Shown: positions 1 through 33,700 of the stretch, piece after piece
Position numbering within the stretch: position 1 is the first letter of the stretch
Layout of the letters: each line of letters starts with the position of its first letter
NCBI GenBank assembly: GCA_002633005.1
Contig: NMRA01000285.1
Location: forward strand, 419,505 to 483,504
Length of the DNA: 64,000 nucleotides
Direction: 5' to 3'
Source: Phoronis australis
Lineage: Eukaryota; Animalia; Phoronida
Program-made: the position numbers and the translations under genes
Notes under the pieces: generated by a model
Seen by the model: the letters and a program-made list of their open reading frames with translations, nothing else
Database searches by the model: none
Told to the model about the DNA's origin: nothing

Positions 1-1590
1 TTATCACTTGTAAAAACTAACAAGATGTTGACGAATTATGCATAACATAAAATTGAAAGTAAAATATGCCAAAGTCGGGAAAACTATGGCTTCGTTCAAA
101 AGTCCCCCTTTTCCGAAAAAAAACGCCAGGGCGTTTATTTGGTATTACTAAAACGCCTGATAATTTTCATTTTCCAAATGCAAGTCCATGGGCTTATGTA
201 CGGAAAATCCTGGTACATTGTTGTAAAGACGCGGCATGTCCAATATTCGCACAGTAGTTGATCTTACAAAAGCTGCTGGGCTGAGATACATTGTCACACA
301 TGGGCACGATGGTGTGTTTTTTCTTATTGATGAAACACACTAGCGCTATCTTGCCGTGGAAATAGTGCAATAGGCCTATTTCTCATGTCTAACTAAAATC
401 AAGTATGCCTAATCGAAACCGAACTATTCTACTTTAGTACAAACTCAAGATGAGTGTCTACTGCTCCAGTTCATAATGGCTTATCTGGATAACTTTCTAA
501 TCCTAGTTTGCATCAGGGCTAAAGTTCGAATCTGATTTCGAATGTGTGGCATGGCGAAGTCGTTATCACCCGTTATCTAGAGCCCGAGTGGATTTTGGAG
601 AATTATCGCCACTCGGGCTCTAGATAACGAGGAATAACGACCGGCTGAGAACATGTAATAATCTATTTGTACCACATACTGAACGAGAAACATTGCAATG
701 AATCGATCTACCATTCTCGACTCGCCGATCGGCTTTGTAACTACTTTCTTTGTCAGAGGCCCGGGGTCGGAAGTCGTGACCTTTTAAGAAAAGCAGAGCT
801 ATTTTTGTCAAATGACATACTTTTACTCAAAACCAATTGAAAATTTAAACAAAATAGAAAGTGAATCTATAAATTAAGGTTTAGCAACTATTATAGCTTA
901 CTACACATTTTATCACGCAAAGCTTTGACCGGGAAAATATCGTCTGCTAAAGTATGAGGTTACCACTAGTAACTAAGTATGCTCAAGTCAAAGGATCCCG
1001 AAGACACGATACCGCCCGCATTCAAATTGAAGATCGGTGATTTACAAGTGAGAGAACACGAGAGAAAAATTTCACTGAATTAAAATATTGTTTTTATGGA
1101 AATTATGAGTCTTATTTTTCATAGAGTCGGTACAATGCCCTTTGCCATGCGAACATTCTATTTTCACGTTCTATGAACGTTTAGTTAAAAATCTGTTAAT
1201 GTAATAGTAATAAGGGCCCATAAACATAAAATGTATTTTTATAATTAATGCTGTTTTTGTTTTCATAAAATATATGGTTTTACTAGTTGACAAAAGCTTG
1301 TTTATTTTGATACGAGTAGACTAATGGAGGCCACTGGCACTAATTTATGCGGCTGCATAAAAAGTGGGTCAAGGGGTCAACAGTTGACATTCCTTCAATT
1401 TGAACAGATTCAAAAATCAAGAAAATGCCATCACATGCAGCATATAGAACTGCCTATCCAACCCAGAAGGCGCCAATTTTCAATGAAACTGGGGGGTAGG
1501 GAGCTAAATTCAACTGCTCTGAAGGAAAATGATAATCAACCACACCTCTTTCACAGTGACATCTTTTGCCAGTTTATGACACCATTCATC

Positions 1591-21873
<20,283 letters not shown>

Positions 21874-24708
21874 GTAAATTCATATGTAAAATCCTTTTAT
21901 AATTTGTAAAACAACAATCCTCTGAATTGGTATCTATTTTTAATGTTCCTTCTCAGCTGTCTTGGTCTTCGGAAGCTTCAGTCCAAGATCCAAGACAAGT
22001 GTCATAAATGTTTGGCGGCTATTGTTTCGGGACACTTTTGGATCAATGTGTCTTTTCTGACACATTAGAACTTCTGAATTAGACGTTTAAGAAGATTTCG
22101 TTTATCTCTTTTGATGTACTCTTAGGCGAGTCGTATTATTTTAAGTTAACATTCTTTTGTATTCCCTTTTTGATTTCATTTTATGTCTTGGTTACCATAT
22201 CTTACCTTGTAATTAGTGTCTTCCACGCTGTTGTGAGCTAATAATGATGCGTTACAGCTGTATTGCACTTAAACTTATCACTGTAGTTCTATGCTCTCAG
22301 TTATGTGTCTCATAAAACTAAAAGATTATTTAATTCAAAGAGTTTTATTTGAAGTAGAAGCTTTCCCGCTTACCTTTTGGTCAGAGGTTAAAGCAACTAC
22401 TTATCTTCTGGTCAAATTGCTTTACTTGTGGCTGGTTTGTCTCAAGTATTGTGCATGTATGCAGGTACATTTGAATTCACAGAGATATAGCTGCAACTTT
22501 GAACAGGTGCATGGGCCTAAGTATGGTCATGTACTTTGTTTTATTCGTTCGTCAGGTGTACAGAGATATCATCGGTATGCCCTCTGCTGACAAATATTAG
22601 GATTAGATGGTATTGTCGAGAGACAAGAACATTAATGCATTCTGAGAACTGTTGTGACACATCTATGCTGTTGTATTCGGTTTCTTGGGAGATTAGGTGC
22701 ATATCCCACGTAATGTGCGTTTGGTGTAGAATGTGTCGTGTCGTGATATTGGTTTCATGTGAAATGTAATATTTTTTTAATTAACTTTATTCTATATAAT
22801 GTTAGGATTAGGTCATATTGATGATTGTTTGCATTCTAAGAGCTGTTGTGATGCATATCTATGTAAAGATTTATAGCTTTATGGTTTAGATTTGTTACTT
22901 TATGCTGCTGTATTCTGTTTCTGTCGAGAGATAAAATGCATATCTCACTGTAAAATACGTTTGGCATAAAATATGTCATGTCATATTGGTTTCACGTGGA
23001 ATGCATTGCAATATTTATCTCTATTAATTAAAACCTCATTTTACTAAAAGTATTTGGTTTCTGTAAAACACACTAGTCTAGTTAAATTGACTTTAAACAC
23101 CCCTTCCATCTCCAACACCATATTTTGAATTAGACCACTTTATACAAAACTAGTCTCAAGTTTTCCTCAGTCAAACTGGACGCAATTTCAGGCTTGTAAA
23201 AACTAATAGTTTGTTATTGCTTGCGACAAAGCTCTGTGAGTTGGTTTGTCATGGCATGTCATGTAATGTGCTTAGCATGTTCTCACAGAATAACAAACTA
23301 TCAGTTCTTTACAACCGAGAAATCACTTCTCACTTGTCAGCGAGTCATGTACTGAGACCAATTATATTGTCATTCAGTGATCTAAAGTTTATTTCTTGGA
23401 TGAGACGCTCAGTATATAGCAGCTTTAAGGTTTCCTTCAAGTGTTCTGAAATAAAATTTTTGCTTTTAGCATTTTTAAATGCTAATTCACCCACTTGATA
23501 GAAATGATGAAAACAAGAAAACAGTCCAGTATGCTATCTAAAATTTTAATCTTACAAAACAGGGAAAAACAAAAAAACACTGATTCCACAATAACGTACA
23601 ACACGTGGTTGTTCCTCAGTTAGATGACACACGGTCAACAGAAAGTACGTCAAATCACTGCATGTAACTGTTTCAAGAACATCAGCAATATAAAATACCA
23701 GTCGTCTAAATTCAAACTGAAAACTGACCTATAGCATAGCAACTGTCAATTGACATTTGAATCCCTAATCTGAATAATCTGAATCTAGTCTCGAGTTCTG
23801 AGATTAGAACCTGGGTCAGAATCTGAAGTAAAAAAATAAGACTCCTGGTGCATAAAGCTTTCCTATCACAATGGCGCATAGGTCTTCATCACATCTTAAG
23901 ACAGTGACAAGACTTGTGTGAGATTTCTGAACAAATTCAAAGCCTTAGTCGTTGTTTACACTGAAAATCTAAATCATCACTAGAGTACACTTATTTAGTT
24001 AATAGTAGGATATAACGTGCCCGCATATCCAGCTGTTGTCCTTTTTGTTCCTACAAGTACTACAAGCCTTTGAATGAACCGCAATGTTTCTCAGGCAAAG
24101 TCTTCATGATCTCAAATTTTTTTTGATTTGGTGTTACTGGCACAAGATGACTTAACTATTAATATACTCTGCACACATGCCATAATGGTCCTCCAAGCCT
24201 CATCTGATCTTGAATGGTTTTATCGAGATCATGTTGCTGTGTGAACATATACAGGATCACTACCATATGGAACAGCTTGGGTATTTTCGTAGCCTCAAAT
24301 TTAACCTCAAAGGTGAAAGTTATCTGTGCATGTGAGGACATCTGTCCTACAACAAGTCACGTGACTTTCTAACTGGAAAATGATTGGCTGTATGACTGAA
24401 GTTTGCACATGCACAGATAATGTACACCACCAACAGAAAATTTAGGCTAAGTATAAAAATACCCTGAGGTGCTCCAAATGGATCAGTACACGAAAGGGGT
24501 GTTTGAAATGGCTGTGACTTTTTTGAAATCTTGCAGTATCACGTCTCACAAAGTTAAGAAATGTGAAGAGGAGCATCTCAGTCATAAAACAGACTACAAA
24601 ATGTTCTTCTGTTCTTTTCAAGACTAATCGTAGACACAGTCAACAAAGGTCACGGTCTACCCCACCATCTCGCTATGAAAAGGCAGCATCAAAACCCTCG
24701 GACTCCCT

Positions 24709-24721
24709 CTATTGGATGCAG
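24709..24721 (-). CDS. Kelch-like terminal coding exon giving ...CCIQ* (CaaX)
   Basis: Strong acceptor ccttttgttttttccag; TG+C TGC ATC CAA TAG. Confidence 0.65.
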
Positions 24722-27700
24722 CTGGAAAAAACAAAAGGCAGATGTCATTTCAGGCATTAGCAATTATAACATTTTATGATCTACCACGGAGACTTTCATC
24801 CACGTTTTATCAGTATCTATTCCATGGTTCTGTTCTCCAGAATTTATAGTTACTCAGATGCACACGGTAAACCTCTATTCAAAACCCCATTAGTATTTGC
24901 ACACCAGCTTTGAGATAACAACTGTCTAAGCTAATCAGCGATCATTTAAATAAGTCACCAGAAACAAATGACCATATCAAAGTTGAATATATTTACACTT
25001 CATTCAGACATGAAATTTTTACAAAATGACAGATAGGATCTCTGACGAGAGGGCATATCAACTGTTTAAGATGAGCATTCACGAATTCATGAGAAGGCAA
25101 ACAGAAAGAGCTTTGATAAGAAAGTAAATCAGCCAATTAAGATGAGTGTTCACAAATGACATCCCATCAGCCTTCTTAAGAGTTCTAAGCATGACGTTAA
25201 CGTACAAAATGCAAATAATCTGACAAATCACGTGTGATCTCCATGGACACACAGAGCCTGAATACAAGTCACGTGATTGGAATGGAAAATTCACACAGGA
25301 AGAAGGCAGATCTGCCAGCTGAGTTGGGAGGCAGGTAAGGTGTCTGTCGAGCGTTCACATGTGAGTTTTTTTCAGAGCCAGAGCAGACGTCCACCTTGCC
25401 TTGTGATCAGATGACCCAAGACACTATATCAGCAAGATGGCATTGCTGAAGTGAACTTTTAACATCTTGCTGCGGCAGTTCATTCATTAAGTTTTGTTCG
25501 AGAAATAAAAGTTGAATTAATATCCTGTCACAATCACACTGTACATTCTGTCTTTCTTCCTGTTGTTTTTAACATCTGGGTTCGTGGTCTAGTCTTTGTA
25601 CTAACATAGAATTATTTATATTCCCCCTTCTACTTTTGTACATACCCAATACAATTGTCTATTTTTAAGTTGTCGAGTATACAAAGGTTTGTGCAAACAA
25701 GTGCCAAGTCCAGGTTCGCTCATGAGGTTTAGAGTTCAAACTCAAACTTACAAAATTAACGGGGTCACCACAGGCAAACTAGGACAAGACATCATATCCA
25801 TAAACCATCATACTTCAGCAAAAGATAAGGGACACCTATCCAGTGTTCATACTAAAGTACAACTGAAAATGTCAAAAATAATTTACAGTACAAAGTTTGG
25901 ACAATGGGATCTGACCACACCCAACAGATTTCTACTCCAATCACTTGAAGGCATAAACTTTCTGACCACACCTATTCAATCTGCCCTCCAATCACCTACA
26001 ACTTGTGCAATCTGGTCACACACATTCAACCACTCCTCCAATCACCTGCTAACGCATGACCACACCTACTCATCGCCTTCTGCAATTACATACCAATCAT
26101 TATTGCTACCATTGTCACTGTTGTAGTCATCCATGTAGTCCGAGTCATGGTAGAAATCTTCGAAATACTCATCATCAGATTCATCTCCAGCTAAAAAAAA
26201 CATAAGATACGTCTCCAGCTAAACAAACACAAGACACGTCTCCAGCTAAACAAACATAAGACACGTCTCCAGCTAAACAAACACAAGACACATCAAACTA
26301 TGGGTACATTTAAGGTTACAAGTCTGTGTTTTTAGCTAAATATCTACAATAACTTCAACTTGGTAAAAGAACGTTATTTTCTGAAATTAGAAAGCCTGTG
26401 GAATTTGATATTTGACTTAATAGCCATCTGTCATTAATTGGGTCACATGGCCATGTCCTAATTAGCAAAATTTAGCAAAAAAGAAAGGTGCATTGATACC
26501 AAAACAATGGCATCAATAAAATTAACAAAATTTCATTTGATATATTTAAATAATCCAGATGAAATCTCAAAAACCATGTTAATTTTCTAAATTATCCTTT
26601 CGCTTCATGCAATTTATGACTTCTTTCACAAAAATCATGTAAATCTTATATTTTTCAATACCACTCAGGCAAAAGTGGATATACACCCACCGTGTGCATC
26701 GCAAACATCAAAGACATAAAAGGCTGCTCATCTTTCATGTTTCCTTGTGAACGAGCAACACTCTGGTAAAACCAAAATTACATGTAAGGGTAAGCGCGCC
26801 CAATACCTTAAAAATTAAAGCCTTCTTCCAAATAATACAAGAGCAACGCAGAGCATTGAAATGCACCCACGAATGCATCGCAAATGTGCTTTAAGGGTGG
26901 CAAACCAGTAGTCAGATCTGTCCGAAAGTCGTCATCCTCCGTCATTAACATCATATAAATACACTTACTAAATTTAGTAAAGATCCTCCGAACGGTTTAG
27001 GAGATACAGGCATGGGCGCAAAAAAAACAAAACTGCCACTAGGAGGTGACACAGTGGTCGAAGTCATCGGAAAATCATCGTCAGCTGTCCACTTCATAGT
27101 AAGAACATACATGCTAATTTTCACAATCATCCTTTGAGTGGTTTGATTGATAGAGGGGTGAACGCAAAAAAAATCTTAAAGAGTAAAAATGGCCACTAGG
27201 TGGCGCAAACTATGTCGAACCCATCCGAAAACGGGAGGATAGCGTCATCTCACTAATAAGTGCCTATACACAAAATTTTATGAAAATCTGTTCAAGACTT
27301 TTGAAGATACAGACGAGGTAAACGTAAAAACTAAAATTGCCACAAGGAGGCACACCAGTAGTCGGTTCCGTCCGAAAGTTCGCTCACGCCGTCCCATCCA
27401 TGGAAGAAACACATTGTGCAAAATCTCATGAACATACGTCAAGGCATTTGGAGATAGAGCAATGGACGCCGGACGGACTGATGGAGATGACAGCATAATG
27501 CGTCCACATATAAATATGTGGGCGCATAAAAAACATTTGCTGAATCTCACAAGCAGGGATTAAGATGGGTGTAAAATAAAAATTAAAGTAAATAACTGCT
27601 AAATAATACAAAAAAATACCTAATTATCTAATGAAGTTCACAAACATCAGGATTAAGATAAGGGAGCATAACAAGCTAGAATGTATATTTCTGTTTTCAA

Positions 27701-30700
27701 GATACGTATTTTGCCCTTAAAGGCAAAGGCAACCTTTTTATGTCATTTTTAACGAAAATAAGGTTCGTTGATTATCCCAGACATATTTTTCAGTTAATTA
27801 CAGCTTTTTGGTAATTTAAACAATTTCTCGCCCTCTACTCCGGAAGTGACGTTTTGGGAGGCAAGAATTTCTCGCCAATTTATTTTTATACAGTCTGACT
27901 GTGAGAGCTGCCGAGTTAGTTATTGTTCTATCTCGGTTGTGACAAGCTCGGACGTCGTTTGCTTTTGTTTACCAGTCAGTCAACATGCCGCAATGTTGCT
28001 GCGTACCGGGATGTACTCACTATCGTCTCACAGACAGAGGAAAAACATTCCCACTAGCCCGAGTGTCTCGTGACACACTCCCACTGGATAGTGACCTGAG
28101 CACACAAACTGCTTACAACACGCCGTGTGACTCCCTCGCCACATACCTGGCACCTTCTAAATAACCCCAATACTTTAGACAAGTCCACAATAAACTTATC
28201 AAAGTTTGGCTTACCGATCTGTTCATTGAACAACGAACTGTCTTGTTCACTGGGTGTCGAACTGGGCCTGTATTCACTCCCACTACTCAACATCGCAGCA
28301 GGGCTGCTTACAGGCTCTCAGCGATAAAGAGTACATCCCGGTATGCAGCAACAGTGTGGCATGTTGACCGACTCATAAACAACAACAAACGACGAGCGAA
28401 CTTATCACAACCGAGGTAGAACAATGACTGACTCGACGGCGCTCACAGTCAGACTATATGAAAAGAAATGGGTGCGAAATTCCTGCCTCCCAAAACGTAA
28501 CTTCCGGAGTAGACAACGAATAATTAATTAGATAACGAAAAGCTAGAAGTGAAAAATATGTCTGGGATAACCAACGAACCCTATTTTTCCTAAAAATGAC
28601 ATGAAAAAAAGTTGCCTTCGCCTTTAAATTCATGGCACAACATAATACTAAGTACATACACCAGTCATCTTCTTCCTCCCACAGCTGATCCGAATCCTTA
28701 ACGGGTATATATGGCTGGCAAGCTTCACAATGGGGACACTGGGGTGGGCAGGTGAGCAGAGAAGATGGCAGAGTTATCACCACAGGAATACTGGAGTCAC
28801 TGAACTCCATTGGAGACTAGAAATAGAAATGATGGGTATTAACGCACAGAATATTATTTTTTTTTCAAAGATTTTTTTTAACCAGCACTTACTCCAAACT
28901 GTCTGGTGCTTAAACAACGAGACCAACTTTTCAGACTTTAGAGTTGAGCCCGCTTTCATAAACAAGGACTAATTATAAATAACCATTACGTCACTGATGA
29001 TGTTAGACGCAATATTCACCATTTCTCATANGTCAAGGCATTTGGAGATAGAGCAATGGACGCCGGACGGACTGATGGAGATGACAGCATAATGCGTCCA
29101 CATATAAATATGTGGGCGCATAAAAAACATTTGCTGAATCTCACAAGCAGGGATTAAGATGGGTGTAAAATAAAAATTAAAGTAAATAACTGCTAAATAA
29201 TACAAAAAAATACCTAATTATCTAATGAAGTTCACAAACATCAGGATTAAGATAAGGGAGCATAACAAGCTAGAATGTATATTTCTGTTTTCAAGATACG
29301 TATTTTGCCCTTAAAGGCAAAGGCAACCTTTTTATGTCATTTTTAACGAAAATAAGGTTCGTTGATTATCCCAGACATATTTTTCAGTTAATTACAGCTT
29401 TTTGGTAATTTAAACAATTTCTCGCCCTCTACTCCGGAAGTGACGTTTTGGGAGGCAAGAATTTCTCGCCAATTTATTTTTATACAGTCTGACTGTGAGA
29501 GCTGCCGAGTTAGTTATTGTTCTATCTCGGTTGTGACAAGCTCGGACGTCGTTTGCTTTTGTTTACCAGTCAGTCAACATGCCGCAATGTTGCTGCGTAC
29601 CGGGATGTACTCACTATCGTCTCACAGACAGAGGAAAAACATTCCCACTAGCCCGAGTGTCTCGTGACACACTCCCACTGGATAGTGACCTGAGCACACA
29701 AACTGCTTACAACACGCCGTGTGACTCCCTCGCCACATACCTGGCACCTTCTAAATAACCCCAATACTTTAGACAAGTCCACAATAAACTTATCAAAGTT
29801 TGGCTTACCGATCTGTTCATTGAACAACGAACTGTCTTGTTCACTGGGTGTCGAACTGGGCCTGTATTCACTCCCACTACTCAACATCGCAGCAGGGCTG
29901 CTTACAGGCTCTCAGCGATAAAGAGTACATCCCGGTATGCAGCAACAGTGTGGCATGTTGACCGACTCATAAACAACAACAAACGACGAGCGAACTTATC
30001 ACAACCGAAGTAGAACAATGACTGACTCGACGGCGCTCATAGTCAGACTATATGAAAAGAAATGAGTGCGAAATTCCTGCCTCCCAAAACGTCACTTCCG
30101 GAATAGACAACAAATAATTAATTAGATAACGAAGAGCTACAAGTGAAAAATATGTCTGGGATAACCAACGAACCCTATTTTTCCTAAAAATGACATGAAA
30201 AAAGTTGCCTTCGCCTTTAAATTCATGGCACAACATAATACTAAGTACATACACCAGTCATCTTCTTCCTCCCACAGCTGATCCGAATCCTTAACGGGTA
30301 TATATGGCTGGCAAGCTTCACAATGGGGACACTGGGGTGGACAGGTGAGCAGAGAAGATGGCAGAGTTATCACCACGGGAATACTGGAGTCACTGAACTC
30401 CATTGGAGACTAGAAATAGAAATGATGAAACACTGATATGTTAGAAATAGGGAACACCCTTTAGACCCTCACACATAAAAAGGCTTTCGTTTCCTGACAG
30501 CTTGTGGGGATAAAATTATTTTCATTTTCCGTGTTTAACTTTTCCACGCTAAGTAAGCTTTAAGTGATTATGCCAACTGCTGCAAAATGCTTCAACTCCG
30601 TAATACGTAATGTGGCTGACATAACGATGATTGCTGTTTGACCTTCTTACATGACTTTTCGTCAGTTTTCCATGCACTAAAACTATCTTTCTCTAGGGTA

Positions 30701-33700
30701 TTCATTTCAATGACAAGGGTTAGTGTGAATCATGTCCAACAGAAATTGCTGGTAGTTGCGATGTACCGAACACATAAGATCATGTTTAATACATATCCTC
30801 ATTTGTCAACGTGAATATTTGACAAGTGACTGAGCTAACCAAGCCCGTGAAATTTCTATGAATTATCAGCCTTAAACATCAATTCTACGTTGGCTGACCA
30901 GTCAAGATCACTATATACTCACTTAAAACTAATGTCATTTGTGGTTGAAAGTATGTTAACAATGTGCGGTAGGGTTGCGTATTAACGCACAGAACATTAT
31001 TTTTTCCAAATATTTTTTTAACCAGCACTTATTCCAAACTGGTGCTTAAACAACGAGACCAGCTTTTCAGACTTAACAGTTGAGCCCGCTTTCATAAACA
31101 AGTAAATAAACAAGGACTAATTATAAATAACCATTACATCACTCATGGTTTTAGACCCTTGCAACCACGTTCATTCCACGCAATATTCACCATTTCTCAT
31201 GTGCTGTTAGAATTATATAAAGTAAGGAACATCACACAATCGAAGGGAAATGAACTTTGTATTGAACGAGTTTGCTTGCAACGCATCTATTCATTATTTT
31301 CCGCGCATTACATTGACTTAAATTTCGTTACGAGTAGGTGGTGCACCATCCAGTAAAACAGTGAAATGCATTATTGGAACAGTTGTTATATTAATTAGTC
31401 TTGAATTACTCCCCTGGCGCTCATTTGAGGCCTGGCCAATATTTAACGGTGGTGTTTTTAATTGTCGTCTACCCGTACTGAAACTTGTTGAAGAATTGGT
31501 GCTAAAACGCGAAACAATGGCAGTCAATTATAATCTTCAATGAACACAGTAGTTTTCCAAGAAAAGTTTGACGAATTTTAAAGAAATCTGCATTACATCA
31601 TGGACGTTATGTCGGAAATCCAAGACAAAAAATGACGATAAAAACTTTGAAAATCAACTGAAAAATATTTCCTTTAAAGTTTTGCTGATTCTTGACCAGG
31701 AAAAATACTGTAGATGAAATCGCACTCGATTTCACTCAGCATTTTGATAGATTTCATAAAAGTTTATGATTTTCAATGTCATGGTTAATTTTATTTTTCT
31801 GAAAACTACAACTTTTTGGCTGGTACCTGAGGAATGTCTTCCCAATGTCTCTTCCTAAAACAGAACTTCATGGGCTGCCTGGGAGGAGGAACAGATGAAA
31901 GAGAACCAGTGCTGGGCGCTACACGTTTAGCAGCACTGAATGCATGGATGTCCATGTCGTACACGCACGACATGGCACTTGATCGGAAGTGTGAGTCCTT
32001 AGGACACGGCACCGTGTAACGAGACGTTCTCCATTTCCGTGTCGCTAGTGTGAACACAGCTGAGCGCCTGCCTCCAAACGAATGTACGTAGACCTTTCCC
32101 TGAGTGTCACTGTAGACAAGTGGGCCAAACTGGGCACCGTCAGAGCAGTTCACAGTCTCGCCAGTAACTACGTTATAGCAAACACACACTGGTGTCACCT
32201 TGTGCTCGCCGAGTCTACTAAAATTGTTAGCGAGTAAAAAGATGACCTTGTCTTGCACAGCGCAAGCGCAAAGATTGTCCAAAAAGGAATCCTTCTCTGG
32301 AATGTGATCTACAAAGATGCACTTATAGCTTAGGTCAGGACGCGTTGGAAACATGCGTATAAACACACGACTGTCGCTACCATCCCATTGATGTCTTTGA
32401 CCCACATACCCTATCATGCAAATGTATCCAGCACATGACACGACTAATTTGTGTTGGTAAAGATGGATCTGAGAGAACGCCTCGTTCACTTTATCCAATG
32501 CCACTCTGTCCCAACAATGTTTCTTTTGATTCAACTTCAGCAGTCTTGCCCCAGCCTTGTAACCATCTTCTTCTTGTACTAGGTAGAGCTCATTGTTGAT
32601 GACTGCACTGGCGTACCCCGACCTAAAGCCATGAGTGTGTTTCTGCTCCATAAATGGAAGTCGTACCCATCGTTTCTCCGCCATGATGTACGCATAGTGT
32701 TTAGACGACCGGCGAATGCCGCAAAACACGATAACATCTTTAGTATTCTTATCAGGGTCTATTTTACCCTTGCTTACTCTCCCTTCGTACTTTTTGATGA
32801 GCTCCGAACAGACTTTGCTCTCAGCAACCAGACTCTCTTCCTTGAACTTAGCCATTTCGGATGTTTTTATGAAGTCCATGTTGAGTGCTGCCACCAGCTG
32901 GTCAAGGTAAACTGCTCGACTTTCTGGCTCATGTTTCACCCAGCGTAGGATCAGGTCAAAGAACCTGACGGGCGTGTAATAACTCAGCATTTCATCCTCA
33001 ACAAAGCTGAGCAAGGTGTCAAAGGGCACCGTCATGATCTCTGGCTGCTGGGCAACTTTGATGAACGAAGCGTAAAGACACTTCTGTGCCTCCTTGTAGA
33101 GCTGCTCTAGATTGTATAGGTTGGCCAAAGAGCACATATGGAGACAATTGTCAATATTCACACCATCCTCACACAGCTGGCTAGCACATGTTTTCTTCAA
33201 ATTCTCTAACTGAAGGTAGTCCGCAAGTTTCAGCACGGCCTCAGCACAGCTACTCAGTCCTTCATAACGACCGGTGTAGATGTACCGCAACACGAACTTG
33301 ACGGACACCAAATCTGAGAAGTTGAGCTCAACTTTACCTGCGAACAGAAATAGAAATGGACAGTTTCCAAGTCCTAAAACCAATACAATGAATCTTCAAA
33401 GTCAAACTTGTTTTTCTTATCATTACAGAGATCAAATTTGCCTGTATAAATACTGGATCCAGGCTTCCCACAGTCTGACTAATGTATTCTGTGGATCGCG
33501 ACCAGTAACAGAGAAATGGCAGGTTTCAAAGTTAACTATGTGACATTAAACTAATCCCCTTTTAAATTACCTACTCAGATGCCTTAGGTGGGGATTCGTT
33601 TTTCTGGGTTACCATAGTGATATACATGTTGTAGTAGGGAACATTAAACACTAGAAAACGCGGTATTTAATTCACATTAGCAACACGATCGAAATCATAC

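Noticed and set aside
1324-1590. N-terminal extension of copine in ORF 1324..1671
   Set aside because: No copine similarity before M1591; an acceptor-like ttttgccag lies at 1572 and the start of the ORF overlaps a repeat end
24356-24365. CLEAR-type E-box GTCACGTGAC
   Set aside because: Lies in a predicted 3' UTR far from any promoter; a single short motif can occur by chance
25689-26126. 145-aa ORF on + in the last Kelch intron
   Set aside because: Low-complexity and degenerate-repeat sequence with no ATG start and no domain motifs
28660-30409. Mutually exclusive duplicated Kelch exons as real biology
   Set aside because: Identical protein sequence and a junction at a single N make a haplotype artefact more likely
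31806-31826. Read-through terminus VPAKKL* as a peroxisomal PTS1
   Set aside because: KKL is a weak non-canonical signal, and a phase-compatible donor and downstream exon exist
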